The notes beneath the pieces were generated by a model. The model was given only the letters and a program-made list of their open reading frames with translations. It was not told the DNA's origin and did not search any database. Made by a program: the position numbers and the translations under genes. A stretch of DNA of 64,000 nucleotides, taken from assembly GCF_006345805.1 (NCBI RefSeq), contig NW_021834409.1, positions 1 through 64,000 on the forward strand, read 5' to 3'. Of this stretch, positions 50,850-64,000 are shown one piece after another (position 1 is the stretch's first letter; each line of letters starts with the position of its first letter). The DNA comes from Octopus sinensis (Eukaryota).

Positions 50850-53800
50850 GTTTCCAAGCAGTTAAGGAAAACGAAACCTACGGCCTTCCTGCAATAAAAA
50901 GAACTTAAAAAGACAGGACCGTCGCCTATGGAACCTCACAATGCCACAAGAGCTAATGGTGTTAAAGAAGATCTTGTTGGTGATGCTGCCAAAACTAACT
51001 TGCATTCTCTTTCTGCGATCATCGGAATGTCAATGGTGTCTCTGAAGGCGAATGGGTGTCTCAGATTGCCTTTGCCGCGAAGCAAAGACTTGGAAGGATG
51101 CCAAGAGGTGGTTGGAACCTTGTCCGGAGAAGTTCAATGAGAAGTACTCGGCAAAGTGCTCTAGTTTATGCCAACTAAAGAGCATGGCTAGACGGAATAA
51201 CAATGTGCAAGGGAGATGCGACTCTTCCAGAGTGCAAGATGATGTGGACGTAGAAATTTCCAGTTTCAGAAATTGCCTAGAGGACTCAAATTCCAAATTG
51301 GGAAAGTTCAGTCTATTCAGAGAGACTCTCGAAAGCCAACTCCAAAGGTGCAACGAAGGATGGTAAAAACTGATATCCTGGCTGGATTAAATTCTGCAAT
51401 TTATCATATTACAAAAGATGATCCGCCCCAAGATATTAATCAAATTACCGATATTCTATATGCTGCACAGTGTGCTTATTTGGCCTTAACTACGAAAGCC
51501 AGACCACAGAGCACATGGTTGGAAAACACGGAAGAAAAATCTCTAAATTAGCAGATGAAATTGACACAGTTCGTTCCTTCTCCAACAAACCTTGCCTCAG
51601 GCAGAAAAGCAAAAGGCAATGGATGTTCTCTGCCGCTACGGATATAAGAAGTCTAAGAAGGGGGAGCTAATCAGAATTGAGACTCTATTGAATGATCTAA
51701 TTAGAATCAAAAGAAACAGATATCTATCCATTCCTCGAGGAAAATTTCCGGAAAGACAATGCGTGTTTTGAATTAACCGCAGAAGATTTTATCGAAACTT
51801 ATCTTCGAGCAACGAAGCCACCCTGTATGGGTTTGGTGATGGTGAGTGCTTATCATTTTGGGAAGATGTCTGGAGCAAGAAAAATATGGGGCCCGTAGTT
51901 TATGATTTTGTGGGTGTGAGTGTACTGGCGGTGAAACCATGCGACCTCAATTCACAAGTGATTTTATTATGGATATGCTCAAATATGCACCTGACTGGAA
52001 GGCATGCGGATGCGACGGACGTATAACTTTTTCTTAAGAAGATGGATTCTTTGCATGGGTTTCTGTGTAAAGAGATAGTCCGAATAATTAATGGAGAGTA
52101 CACGCCTGATAGCTGGTTTTACACTGGCGTAACTTACTTGATCCCTAAAAAAGTGAGTGTGAGACCCCGAAGGACTTACGCCCTATAACGTGTATGCCAA
52201 CTTTGTATAAACTTGTCACCAATGTGTTAATGCCAAACTGGCCGATTTCATCGAGGTATTTGGCTAATCTCAGATAATCAGCTTGGGACGAGAAAGCAAT
52301 GTCAAGGCGCCAAAGAGCAAGCCCTCATTAACCAATGCTTAAATAAGGAGTATGGAAATGGCCTCTATTCTGCTTGGGTCGATGTGAAGAAGGCATTTGA
52401 CTCATTTGATCACGAGTTCTTGTTCCACGTATTGGATTGCTCTGGATACCACATTGGATTGTCAGCTTTGTAAAGAACATAGTCAAGAAGTGGACAGTAA
52501 ACTTACATATCGATGGGAAAAGAATTGGGAAAGTAAAGTTAAGCCGGGGAATACTCCAAGGAGATTCATTGTCCCCGCTGCTATTCGTTATGGCGATGGA
52601 TCCCCTAAGCAGGATGCTTAACTCCATGTTTCCCAAACTCGAAATTAGTCGGAAGATCCCTATATGTTGACATACTCCACCAATCATTTCTTCTTTATTG
52701 ACGATCTGAAAATAGTTGCCCTCAAAGAAGATGTGTTAGTCAAAATGATGGAGGCTGTTAATGGATTTTTTGAAAGTGTCGCCTAGAGATGAATTCCGAA
52801 AAATCACATCTAATGTGGAATCTTTATCATGCTGTGAGACTGTCGATGGAATCAACGGATATCGCTACTTGGGTGTACTTGAAGATGGCGGAAGTAATGT
52901 TCTCAAGATAAAGTTATGGACTCCATATTGGAGAATGTCAAGAAGAGGATAACTATGTTGTCAAAAACAAACCTGAATGCTGTAAATTTGTTTCGTGGAA
53001 TCAATGATATGCATTATCCCTATATATTATTATATTGGGCTAATCAATATTGAACCTTACGAATTTGATGAGATTGACCAACAAATACGCCCGATTACTT
53101 ACGACTCTCAAGTTACACCTCCAGCCTGCAAATAAGGAGAGGTTGTATTTGGACCGCAAGACCCTTGGAAGAGGACTTGCCTCAATTTCTTTCAAAAGCG
53201 AATTATGCTCTTCCAGTTTCTTAAAAGTTTGGAAAAACAGTCGACTACCTGTCTGCGGAGGTCGGGTATTCTGCGAGTAATAAAAGGAAAAAAATGGCAC
53301 TTAGCCCAATCGCAGAATTTCTTGTCTCCAAATATGCAGCTGTCGGCAGGGAAATCTGACCATTGAGTTACTGAAGGACGCACAAAGGAAACTCTTGCTT
53401 AACCGAATTAACAGTAAATCACTACACTCGGTGATGTTCAATGTATGGAGGGATCAGATGTCGACATATCTACTTCTTCGCAATGGCTATCGAAAGGGAA
53501 CAATGGTCCACGAAGCGAAGCATTGTACTGTCTTTTGCAAGATAGGAATTTGTTCTTTGCATACACGGGATCACTATGCGTCCACTGCAAAAAAGCAGGC
53601 AGACTGTGTGACCATCTAGCCACGCGGTGTGGTAGGATGCTAAACAGTGATTATCTCCGAAGACACAACGAATGGTAAAGTGTATTCATCTCCACTTGTG
53701 TCGATGTATGGAATAAAACGAAGCAGGAAATTGAAAGGACATTCAGTCGTGTCAACAATGTCGACCCAAAATGTCGAAATCAGAGTTGACACTTCAATTA

Positions 53801-54350
53801 TGACTGAAACAAAGGTTCAATTCAATAAACCTGATATCTTCGTTTATGACAAGAGGAAAGAGAATTCATTTAATCGAAGTGGGAGTTACCTCGCAAGACC
53901 GTTTAAAAAGCATTTGAAGTGGAGAAATTTCACAAATATGACCTGCTTGCAAACGAACTGTCGGTTCTCTATGAAGCAAAAGTGAAGATTATTCCAATTG
54001 TCTTGCCATGGGATGGAGTTGTCTCAAAGTTCTTTAAAGTCATATGGACAATTATCCTTGAAGAAGGAACGAGGACATACATCCAGTCGGTTTGCTGAAG
54101 AGGACTCTATAGAGTATGCTTATTGAACACAGACATGGGATGAAGGTAGACAACGAGGAGTACGCTCTGCCGCCAATCAACTTGCGGAGCGGCATGGCCG
54201 TAGGACACTCAGTTGAACAATTCTTTGACTAGAAATGGAAAATATGATAATTTTGTTGCAAAAACTTCTTCCAAGCGAAGAAGAGAAATCACTGACATCT
54301 TGGATTCTTAATAATTTAAGATAGAATTTACATAATTAATTTTTATTAAA
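50850..54350 (+). mobile_element. Near full-length, heavily frameshifted R4-like RLE retrotransposon
   Basis: TYLIPK, RPITCMPTLYKL, QGAKEQALIN, WVDVKKAFDS, GILQGDSLSPLLF, FIDDLK; zinc knuckle CVHC...DHLATRC; KPDIF and the RLE tail. Confidence 0.88.
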
Positions 54351-56799
54351 CATGTCTTGTGATTTTTAATTTCTTAAAATTATAACTTTTATTTATTTTG
54401 ATAAAAATTATTTATTTTTTATAAAAATTTTTAAGAGATTCCAGTTTTTTATGAAAAAACAAACATTACATTTTGAAGCTTCAAATTAGGAAAAATACTC
54501 ATAAGATTGATGCTTTGTTTAACGGATCAATATTAACAAAAAAAATGGAGGATTTATTTTTAGAAAAAAATTGTCACATTTGAACGTTTTGTGACGTATG
54601 CACAAATTTGTTGATTTTACAGAAACTTTAGCTTTAGTATTTTAACGTGTTACTGAAATTAATTTGAGGACACTGAAAAAAACAGTAGTCCATGCCGATT
54701 ACAAATCTGGAATTCTCAAAGTGATGGTTAAAAGTTTATTCCGAAAGTGTATTGTGAAAATTAAAAAACACCGTTGAGAAGATAAAAGATATTAAAGCTG
54801 AAAATCTATCAAAAATACGATTGATTAAGGCTTTTATAATTATTTATTCCTCAAATCGATAATAAAGAATTGATTGAACTCTTTAAGTTTTTAAAAATAA
54901 CAAAATAAAATCAACTTGCTGGATTATTAGTTGACGAATGACGATTATCAACCATGAGTGAATGTTAATTATTTAACTATTATTGTTTATAATGAAAAAC
55001 ATAAAAATACACACGTGCAGTACCCGGAGTAATTTTATTCTTTTGTCTTTTTCATTTTAGCATATTAAATGAAATAATCATCAGTGCAGGGTAGTGCACA
55101 GGATTTGCAGTTTATGTTTGGGAAAAAGCGACATTATTTTTCTTAAGACATTTATAAAGCTGTAACAAATGAAAAATACAGAAAAGAAACATTTAGTCTA
55201 ATATCAAGGGAAATCGAACATTTTCAAGGTGCGGGAAAATGTTGAAGAGATATTAAAAAACATACAAAATGATCTGAATTAAAATAAAAAAGCTTATTAG
55301 TTAAGATTAAGTAAAGATTAATGAATTAATAAAAAATATTATACCAGACTAAAATTTCCATTGATTAGCTATTTATATCTGTAATTTAAAAGTTACCTAA
55401 AACTGGCCACATGGCCAATGCATAAGCAATCTTTCATGTTACTGTAAAATTCTGCGGAAAGACAGACCATAAAATGAATGCTTAAATGCAACCCTCATTG
55501 GTTGCGGGGCATAAAAAGGAAACGTTTTTATTTTTAACATTCAGAGAATCAAATTTCAATAAAATGTATTATTAGAGATTAGTTAGATTTTAATTTATAT
55601 AAACAGCTCTGTTCATGGCTGTCTTAAACAGCCCTGTCAATTACAATGGAATTCAGCATTGCTAATTAACATGAGCCAAAATAATATTTGATGGGGCTTC
55701 TTATATTTCACGTATCCACGTATTTCGTTTGTAGCTAAAAAAAAGTATAGTTCATTGTGCATTGGAGTCACCAGTTTACTAACTCAGTTAAAGTTTGATA
55801 ACTTAGTTTTGAACATTGAGCTCTTCAACCTCCTTGTAGTGGATCACTTGATGGCAATGATAAAAAACTCAAAGTGATTTTTTTCTTTTTAGTATGATTA
55901 TGCGTTGACTTGAGTGGTCAGTTGATCGTGAATATAAGTAAGGTGTCACAAACGGGGATACAGAAAAAAAACGTGTATTCTATATCAGAGCAGAATCAAA
56001 CGTCACTGAGGTATGGAAAATGTTGAACAAAAATATGGAATATAAAAACAGCTCATTTTCCAGAATTAACTAATGATTGACGGATTAATTGAAATATTGT
56101 AGCAGACTAAAACTATGATTGATTAGCTTTTTACTTGTAGTTTAATAGTAAGCAATTAATGGCCGCATGGCCATATGGATAGTAATCCATAAACTCAAGA
56201 CTCATATAACAAAAAAACATATAAATGCGACTCCAATAAAAAGCGACCTTCAGTGGTTGCGGGGCATAAAAAGGAAAAGCCTATTTTTAACACCAAAAAA
56301 TTAAATTGGCATGTATAGTGTGCTGAAACAATTAAATCATATGTTTATTTATCAAACTTCAAATGAATAATATTTAGTTTAAAAAATTTTTGACCGTTCG
56401 AGATTTTGAATTTCAGGTCAGTGAGAAGGTAAACAATCTGACAAATCTTTCATCTTTCGTTTTGAAAAAAGAAGACTTGGGAAAACAGTACTTTTCTGAC
56501 AAAAACAAGACTGTCAAGTGAACAAAGCGAGATTCTTACAAAAAATCGAGTACGAGGTCTTTGAATGACTTGGTTAAAGAAGAATGCTATCTTCGGCATA
56601 CAAGCTGATGCACGCGAGGATTTCTTCTCGGGTGATTAAGGATGTCTGAGATCCCCATTTTTAAAATAATAAAAATGACTGTACATTTTTCTAACAAAAA
56701 TTTTGGAATATTTTAAAATCGAAAATAATTTTATAAACACTTTTCACTCAAAAATGACAAACAACAGAAAATTATCAATAATGTGGTCTATAACGTCCC

Positions 56800-57170
56800 C
56801 GGGTCAGCTCAAAGACCTCTCGGAAAAAATGTTTTACTAACGTGATAAGAGTAATTTACGCCGACAATATTGATCTCGTTTTTTAGATCAGAACTCACTG
56901 GAAACTTATTAAAAGTGATCCTACTCTAAAACAATTAAAACTACTTGTACAAATTTGCTGGCAGAAACAGATGAGCAACGATAAACTCTACAGAACTACT
57001 CATACATCCAAATTGCAAAAATGGTCCAAAATAGCAATTTTTATTATTTTTTTACGTGCTACTTTACATCCACGCTCGACCATGAACTATTTTCTAAGTA
57101 AAACCACAAGAAAAAAACTGGAATCAGTAGATGATATGGACAATCTGAGAAATCTTCTATAAAACTGGGG
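56800..57170 (+). mobile_element. Decayed RTE remnant
   Basis: VIYADNID-like motif, SNDKLYR and KLESVDDMDNLR, all resembling the other RTE copies. Confidence 0.5.
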
Positions 57171-57944
57171 AAAGAGGGAACAACTGATAGTGCTTATCCT
57201 GATTTCCATGGTAAAAGTGGAATTTTAATTGACTTCTGATTTCGCAAGAATTTTATTGAAAAAAATAAAGTGAGTGCAACCTGAAGGAAATCAGAAAGCA
57301 AAAATTAATAATTTTAGGAAATGCTTTAAAGATTTTTGTTAATAAATTGTAAGAATATATAAAAGTAGTTAAACATCCCTCTTAATACATAAAAAAGTCA
57401 AAGGCAAACTCTTAAAGACGACATTCTAACTTTACTCGATAAAGAAACATAATTCAGGCATTAATGATATCATTTATTTAATAAGCTTACAAATGTAAAG
57501 GAAAACCTAGACAGATTTCTAAAGCTAAGTGAAATAAGGAATTTTACAGCACAGGTTGACATTGTGTTTTCAAACACTTCCCCGAGTGTATTAAAAAGCA
57601 AATCAACATACACAAAACTTTTCCGAACTAAACAAATTAGAAGAAAATTACATTTTTAGACGGTAAAGTTATAGCTAACTTGTAAACTTGTTGAACAATC
57701 TTACAAATCATCACTAAATACCATGATTGAGACTGCTTAAATTAAGAAGAGAGGATTGAACTGTATGTGTTTGTTGATTTAACATAGAAACGATTGTTTC
57801 CAAATTTCGAAGATTATCAGTCTCATAGAGACTATGAAGTTCTCACATAAGCATTAAAACGGAAGAAAACATTTGCTAGGTAAAATCTAAACTATTTCGA
57901 TTGTTGAAAATATGTTCTACTATAAGAATCAGAAACAGATAGAC

Positions 57945-58027
57945 GCACAAGTGGCCGAGTGGTTAAGGCGGTAGCCTAGAAAGCTATTGGGATTCATCCC
58001 GCGCAGGTTCGAATCCTGCCTTGTGCG
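57945..58027 (+). tRNA. tRNA-Ser(AGA): tRNA-Ser, anticodon AGA
   Basis: Acceptor stem GCACAAG/CTTGTGC, D-loop AGTGGTTAA, anticodon arm GTAGC-CTAGAAA-GCTAT, long variable arm, T-arm GCAGG-TTCGAAT-CCTGC, discriminator G. Confidence 0.96.
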
Positions 58028-58785
58028 TTTTATTATTTCAATATTAATTTTATTTTATTATTGCATTTTTAAAATTAATTTGCCTGCGACATGAGTGCCT
58101 TAAACATTCTGAAAAACATAAATGATGGCCATATCTCAGGTACCGTTACTAAACACATTCATCTCCCACACTCTGCTGTGATCACCATTCCATTTTTATT
58201 ATAAAACATATCCCATATTTTGGACAGCCTCGACTATCCATGTTCTCAAGATAACTTTGTTTGACGACTCGTTTTTCATATAAAAACAATTTGAGCTTCA
58301 TCAAAAAAGCTCAATACTATCTATCCACAAGCAAGATATATAAGCTAAAAATTCGTTATCTTATTTTGTACTAAACAAATCATATTAAATCTATGCACAT
58401 GATAAGAATCACCAATAGACAAGGCAATTGGAACTCAAAAAAATGGCACGGAAAATAGTCCAACTGATACCCAGAGTATTCTGAGTTATGCAGAAATGAA
58501 CGTAAGTTGAGATAAAACACAGACCTAACAAAAAATATTCAATAATAGACAATGAATAAAACAAAAAAGCACAAATGGAATGTTGCCAGTACACTATAAT
58601 AACCAAAAAAGTGTCAATCTAAAAACTAGTGACCCAGCTGTGCTTGAGAGTGTAGAAATTACTTGTCCCTTCTGAACCTTCATCACCCTTCTAATCACAA
58701 CACCTACTTTGGACAGACAACTAAAATTGTGGAATCTTCCCTTACTACTTATTCGTAATAATTATATATATAAGTAGAATTAAGA

Positions 58786-59825
58786 CTAAAAAGCAAAATC
58801 ATCACAAAAAACTAAATAAATCCTTTTAGCCAACTCCGTGCCCAACCTCCTCTTACTTTCCAGGACTCCTGCCACCCTCCGAACCTACAATATTAACCCC
58901 CCAAACCTCGATAGCTGCCAATCTATCCACCGCATCAACCGCACTGCACTCCCAACACAAATCCACGACTGATCTCACCGTCGGAAACTCCTCCATGATA
59001 CACAACGACAAATCACGTGACACTCCTGGAATTTTCTCGAGGACCTTCCCCCAACTCTGACTCCATTTGTTCTCCACGGTCCCCCAATTGTTCGTATCGG
59101 ATATATAGGCGCCAAAACAAGTTCGTAATTTTTCCATTTCTAACCTGGAAATTTGAGGATAAAATTGACACTTTTTTGGGGCTTCGGCTATTGATTTTGT
59201 GATTTGACGAGTCAAAGTTGCCGCGTCTTTTTGACCACTTGCAAAATAAATTGATAGAAAGTTCATTTTTAAAAGTAAAGTGTCTATTTTTTGCTACAAA
59301 TAGGAAATGAATTTTACTTGATCTCTGTCAGTAATTGACTTTTTCTTATCATTTCTAATTATTTATAATTATATTATATATACTTTATAACAATAATAAT
59401 AATTTTAGAAGAATTAAATAGATATTTAAATTGTTCAATATGCATTTCGATCTCGTTGTTGTTATTTATAATATTACAAAAATCGGTCAAATTAAAATAT
59501 AAAAGAACAAAATCCTCCAATTTATAACTCCATTTGAGATCCTAATAAGTATAATCAACATGACCAACCTTGTATGTTTGTCCACAGTCGAGGGGAGTCT
59601 TCCTTTGCCATTGAATGACTTTATGTGCTCCTGAATGAGAGAAATCTATCATTTCTACTCCACAAATAAGCATTTCTTCCTTTATTAGAGCCCGCATTTC
59701 GCTTTCTATGTTTTCTGAGACCATTATTTGCATGTACTACATCAGTTCATGTTTATTACCTTAAGGCACTTGGTTAAATCTAGTGATTTCTTTAGCTCGT
59801 TTATATATATCTTATTTGTAGACAT
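58786..59825 (-). CDS. EME1: Crossover junction endonuclease subunit EME1 (MUS81 partner), apparently intact, 7 exons
   Basis: Continuous frame after removing GT-AG introns of 23, 27, 29, 24, 27 and 22 nt. Motifs KCLK|YM...VIQWQRK, ITKSIAEAPK|, SWGKVLEKIPGVS...FPT, AIE|VRR...RRLGTELAKRIY. Confidence 0.85.
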
Positions 59826-60093
59826 TGATGGTCCCACCTCGATCAAAAATTTAAATATATTTATTTATTAATAATTTATAATACATCATTGAAAAATATA
59901 TTATTTTAAATTAAAGTTAATATATAATTGATAATTGGGGAAAGAAATTTGAACACGTAGTTTTCATTTTTTGCAAGATTTTCATGATTCTTTAGGCCAA
60001 ATTTTAGAAAAAAATTCATTTAATAAAAATTTAAATATTAATAAAATAATTAAAATATAATATTTTTTTAAATTATGTATAAAATAATTTTAA

Positions 60094-61455
60094 ATGGATA
60101 AATCCTTGTTGTCACTAGGACAACTTTGTGTAAAACTGGTGGAGTATTTATTGTTCTTATCTCCATTGCTAATAATCTCATATTTATCTAAAAAATATAA
60201 TCTAAATAGTATAAAATGAAATATTAAAATTCAGAAATTAAATTTTTTGGAAAATGTTTTAAATTCATAAATTCAGAATTTGAAAAGCCAATTCTCGCCG
60301 AGAAAATTGTGGATCAATATGACACACAAAGCCAACAAAAAAACTCAATAAAACATTTTATTATCTGCAGTTTTGGATTAATAGTAAATTAATTAAATAT
60401 TAATTAATTAATTAGACATCTTATTTAATTTGGGGACTCATGCAGGAGACAATAATGACTCACAACTACGAATTCTCAGGTCAACCACCAAAAAATATTT
60501 CTGATACAAAAAAGTTTGAAAACGTGCAATTTCTTGTTTTTATTAACAAAATATTCCCATTTTTATTCGGGTCGATTTGTACAATCATTTTTGTGAACGA
60601 AGGGAAAGGAGGAGCCCAGCTGTATAAATATTCGCTCTGTTCTCTCTCCAATATTGTCAGCAGTTATGCACAGTACGAGGCCCTCAAATACCTCATCTTC
60701 CCCCTGCAGGCCTGCCTTTGAGGTTATGGCGTAGGTCTTGGCCAAGTCTTGCAAGATTATTCCTGTTATGATTGTCGGGGGTGTTATGAATGGAACTAAA
60801 TATACGCGGGAAAATTATGTTGAAGCTGTGTTTTTTATTATTGGGGTTTATTGTTGTTTTTTGTTATTTATTTTTTTGTATATTTTTTAATTTTTTAGTT
60901 GGTTGTGTATTTTTTAAATACACGTATTCAAATTGGTGGCGGGAATTATTTCTCTTTTGGTGGTTTAATTTTACTTTTTGTATATTTATTGTTTGATTCA
61001 TTTACTTCTAATTGGCAGAAGAGAATATTCGACTCTACACAAGTCTCCCCCTTCCAAATGATGGTCCTCATTTCGTCTATTTATCTTTTATAGGCTGGAG
61101 TTAACTTTTTCTCTTGTTTACTAACATTTTTACAAATGTCAACAACTCTTGAACTCAGAGACTCGATATTGTTTCTGTACTCACACAAGACAATATTGAG
61201 CCATGTATTCATTCTGGCAGCCAGCGGATTGATAGGACAATTTTTTATTTTTCAAACAATCAAAAAAGTGTGATTTATGGAAATATTGTATAGTTAGGAC
61301 CGCGGACTTTTTCCATGATTGTTTCCGTCAGGCAGGTCATTTCGGTCCTGCTCTCCTGTGTCATATTTGATCATGAAATTAATGTGTGGTCAGTCCTTGG
61401 AATTGGGATTGTCTTTTCAACTTTATTTTGGAGTGTTTGTCGTAAAAAGAAATAA
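60094..61455 (+). CDS. SLC35B2: PAPS transporter 1 (UAA/SLC35B family), apparently intact, 7 exons
   Basis: SYLIWGLMQETIMT, QFLVFINK, YAQYEALKY.FP.Q|VLAKSCKIIPVM, FDSFTSNWQ, GQFFIF..I, RQVISVLLS. Introns of 26, 32, 25 (GC-AG), 53, 30 and 26 nt give a continuous frame to TAA at 61455. Confidence 0.92.
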
Positions 61456-61849
61456 TTAATTTTTTTTGTTTTATTTAAAATTGTTTGTTAACTATTCACG
61501 ACTTTTAGTGGTTTTTAATTTTTTGTCTTACGTACTCACTTTAAATAATTTTTCGCGTATTCCTTTTATAAAACTAGGGAAAAAAAGTATTGAATTAGTA
61601 ATATGGATGGCGTTGTTTATTAACGACTATTTTAATATTTCTGAAATACACGCCTGAATATCATTTTTCTAAACTGTAGATTTCCCCCTGTATATGTTTT
61701 ACATTTTCATTGACAAATTTTATCTTATATCGGAAACCAGAGTTACATCCAAGCATCGCTGATGTTCTGTCTGTGGTGAATGCAGTAGGATTGTGGCACA
61801 ATATCCTATCATTAATAAGAATTGAAAATGTTTATTTTGTTTCAAAAAA

Positions 61850-62590
61850 CAATTAACAGCATCAATTGTGCCTGTCAACCCCACTCGGGCGATTGGCTTG
61901 ACGCTTTGCCGATTTCCTCTGCTGGAATGTTGCTGGACGACGAATCTGTCCGCATCGGAATCTGTTTACGGCTTGGCATAGAGATTTGCCAGCCGCACCA
62001 TTGCAGATGTGGACAACTCATTGACAGGAGAGGTTTACACCCTCTCTCTTGTCGCCTCAGTGCCGGCAGGATCCCCAGGCACGCCTCATTGAATGACGTT
62101 GTGAAGCGCGCGCTTAACGCCGCTGGATTTCCCTCGATGTTGGAACCGATAGGACTAGACCGTGGAGATGGAAAACGCCCTGACGGGTCGACCTTATTCC
62201 CGTTCAGGAAGGGAATGGCACTCGTGTGGGATGTTACCTGCGTAGACTCATTTTCTCCTTCATCGTTGGTCGACTCCGCTTCTCGTCCTGGATCTGCATC
62301 TGGCCTTGCCGAATCTAGGAAAACTGCTAAATATGCCTCTTTGACCGATACCTGCTGCTTCATTCCCCTGGCTTTCGAGACCAGTGGGATAATTGGACCC
62401 AAAGCCCTCAAACTCCTCTCAGAGATTGGTTCAATCATCTCGAGGAGGAGTCACGACAGTCGTGAAACGAGCTGGCTTTTTCAGCGGATATCGTTCGCGA
62501 TATTACGTGGAAATTGCCTGTCCATCCGCTCGGCGACTCATCTAGTTTAGTTAACTTTTCTTCTCTAATTTTCTTGTTTCAAAAAAAAAA
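61850..62590 (+). mobile_element. 5'-truncated CRE-like copy
   Basis: ORF region SGDWLDALP...CQPHHCRCG...HPLSC...GKRPDG...WDVTC...AFETSG, with poly-A at 62581-62590. Confidence 0.9.
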
Positions 62591-63359
62591 TTAATTTATA
62601 TTAACTATAAACTCGGTGAAGATTTTATCGTAATAATAATAATAATAATCGTCTAAATAATAATAATCGTCTAGCCGATATTTGTGAAAACATCCTGGAT
62701 CTTTGACCATCCACTCTCTTTTTTGTTAGACGGTATTGTTGATCTCTGTGTGCTCAAAGGACTTTCGTGAGACCCAATGGCTGTTTCAGTATCTTTCATT
62801 AGAACTGCCTAGCGATTCTATCCGTTGAGCTGTATGACCTTTTTTGTAATTTTATTCGTTTTATTTTGACAATATTAATTAAATTTAAAATATCCGACCT
62901 TTTGTGTTTAACGTAATGAATAAATGAAAAAATTCTCGCAATCGTATGCGTTTTTTGCTTTTCCGATTCGATATAAAATCGTGTAAAAAATTTTTAATAA
63001 TAGAAAATTAATGCTAGACTTGAATTAATCATTTATTTGCCAAACAATATCTTTTTTGTCTTTAAAAAATCATTTAGTGTTCAGATAGTCTCGGAATGAT
63101 TCGAAATTTGATAAAATAATACAAGATTCAGGAAAAAAATTCATGGTAGATATGGATGTTTTACACCGTTTTTAACTATAAATTGAAATCCATAGTCTAA
63201 ATAATTATCATAATTTAGTATTACGAAAAAAGAATTCGGTCAAATGTTAAAAGGGACGGGAAGCCGACACAATCGAGAAAAAATTATAGCGTACTATCAT
63301 TGTATTTCAGAATTTTATAAGAAATACTATACCATTTTCAGTTCAATTTCGACAATAAA

Positions 63360-63660
63360 ATGTTACTAAGTTCTTCTATAAGAAGAACTGATGGCGATCC
63401 TGTTTCTCCTCACTATTGCTTGAAACACTTTCTGGATGAGCCATCTCGTCTCCAGAGGATTGTGTGTTCTCCAGGTCTTGAGACGTCCAATACACTTGAG
63501 GAAGCACAACGACTTCTTCCCAATAGATCCCAGGGTTTCTACAGCAACCGGTCGGAAAACGTAACGATCGGTGAGCTTATCATATTTCTTCTTGATGTCC
63601 TCTGCTTTATCCGCAGCTGTGCCAGCATTGCAGGCACTTTCCAACATGTTTGTCTTGGAC
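63360..63660 (-). mobile_element. CRE-like RLE 3' fragment
   Basis: KKYDKLTDRYVFRPVAVETLG...RWLIQKV. Confidence 0.78.
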
Positions 63661-64000
63661 AATTTTTATGATTATTTTGATTATACAATATTCAATTTTG
63701 ACATTTTCTATATCAATTTTAACAATTCTACATTCAATTTTGACAATGCGATAAACAATAGTGATATTTGTTGCATCAATTTAACACTACGATATTCAAT
63801 TTTTAAATAGCAAACTAAATGAGATTAAATAAGATTTCTACTAATCCCACTTAGTTTGTGATTAATCCCATTTAGTACGAGAAATGTGATATTTTATTAG
63901 TAATTTAATTATGATTTGTATTGTTCTAGCACTTAATACAGCTCAAAAGGAATGTTCCCATGTTAATAAAAGTATTAGAAACAGATTAAATGTTAGTTAT

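Noticed and set aside
54640-54780. Small heat-shock protein motif (ADYKSGILKVMVK)
   Set aside because: A single short resemblance with no supporting upstream alpha-crystallin domain.
58100-58740. Possible membrane-protein gene (RFT1-like) on the minus strand
   Set aside because: No consistent spliced frame could be built and the similarity was too weak to support a call.

Overview
AT-rich eukaryotic DNA, most likely from an animal with miniaturised spliceosomal introns (21-33 nt, one 53 nt). The animal call rests on a nuclear-receptor zinc finger; a dicyemid, orthonectid or myxozoan-type parasite is an inference. About 57 kb is nested, decayed transposable elements: many CRE-like, RTE-like and R4-like non-LTR retrotransposons, an I/Ingi-like LINE with a 2A motif, Tc1 elements, hAT, Merlin, pogo, Ginger-like integrase elements and a non-autonomous Helitron. 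Intron-retaining fragments of cellular genes are scattered among them (IMPDH, Lgl/tomosyn, H2A-like, atlastin, proteasome beta, nuclear receptor). The right end holds an intact island: tRNA-Ser(AGA), EME1 and SLC35B2, the last two head-to-head. The most striking structure (45.8-48.3 kb) is an endogenous rhabdovirus-like element: an N-like piece and an L polymerase with motifs A-D, interleaved with two 28S rRNA fragments and joined to a truncated CRE element through a short templated insertion. Several DNA-transposon genes carry host-style micro-introns. All protein identifications come from manual translation and motif recognition, not database searches. Boundaries not marked by TIRs, TSDs or splice sites are approximate.
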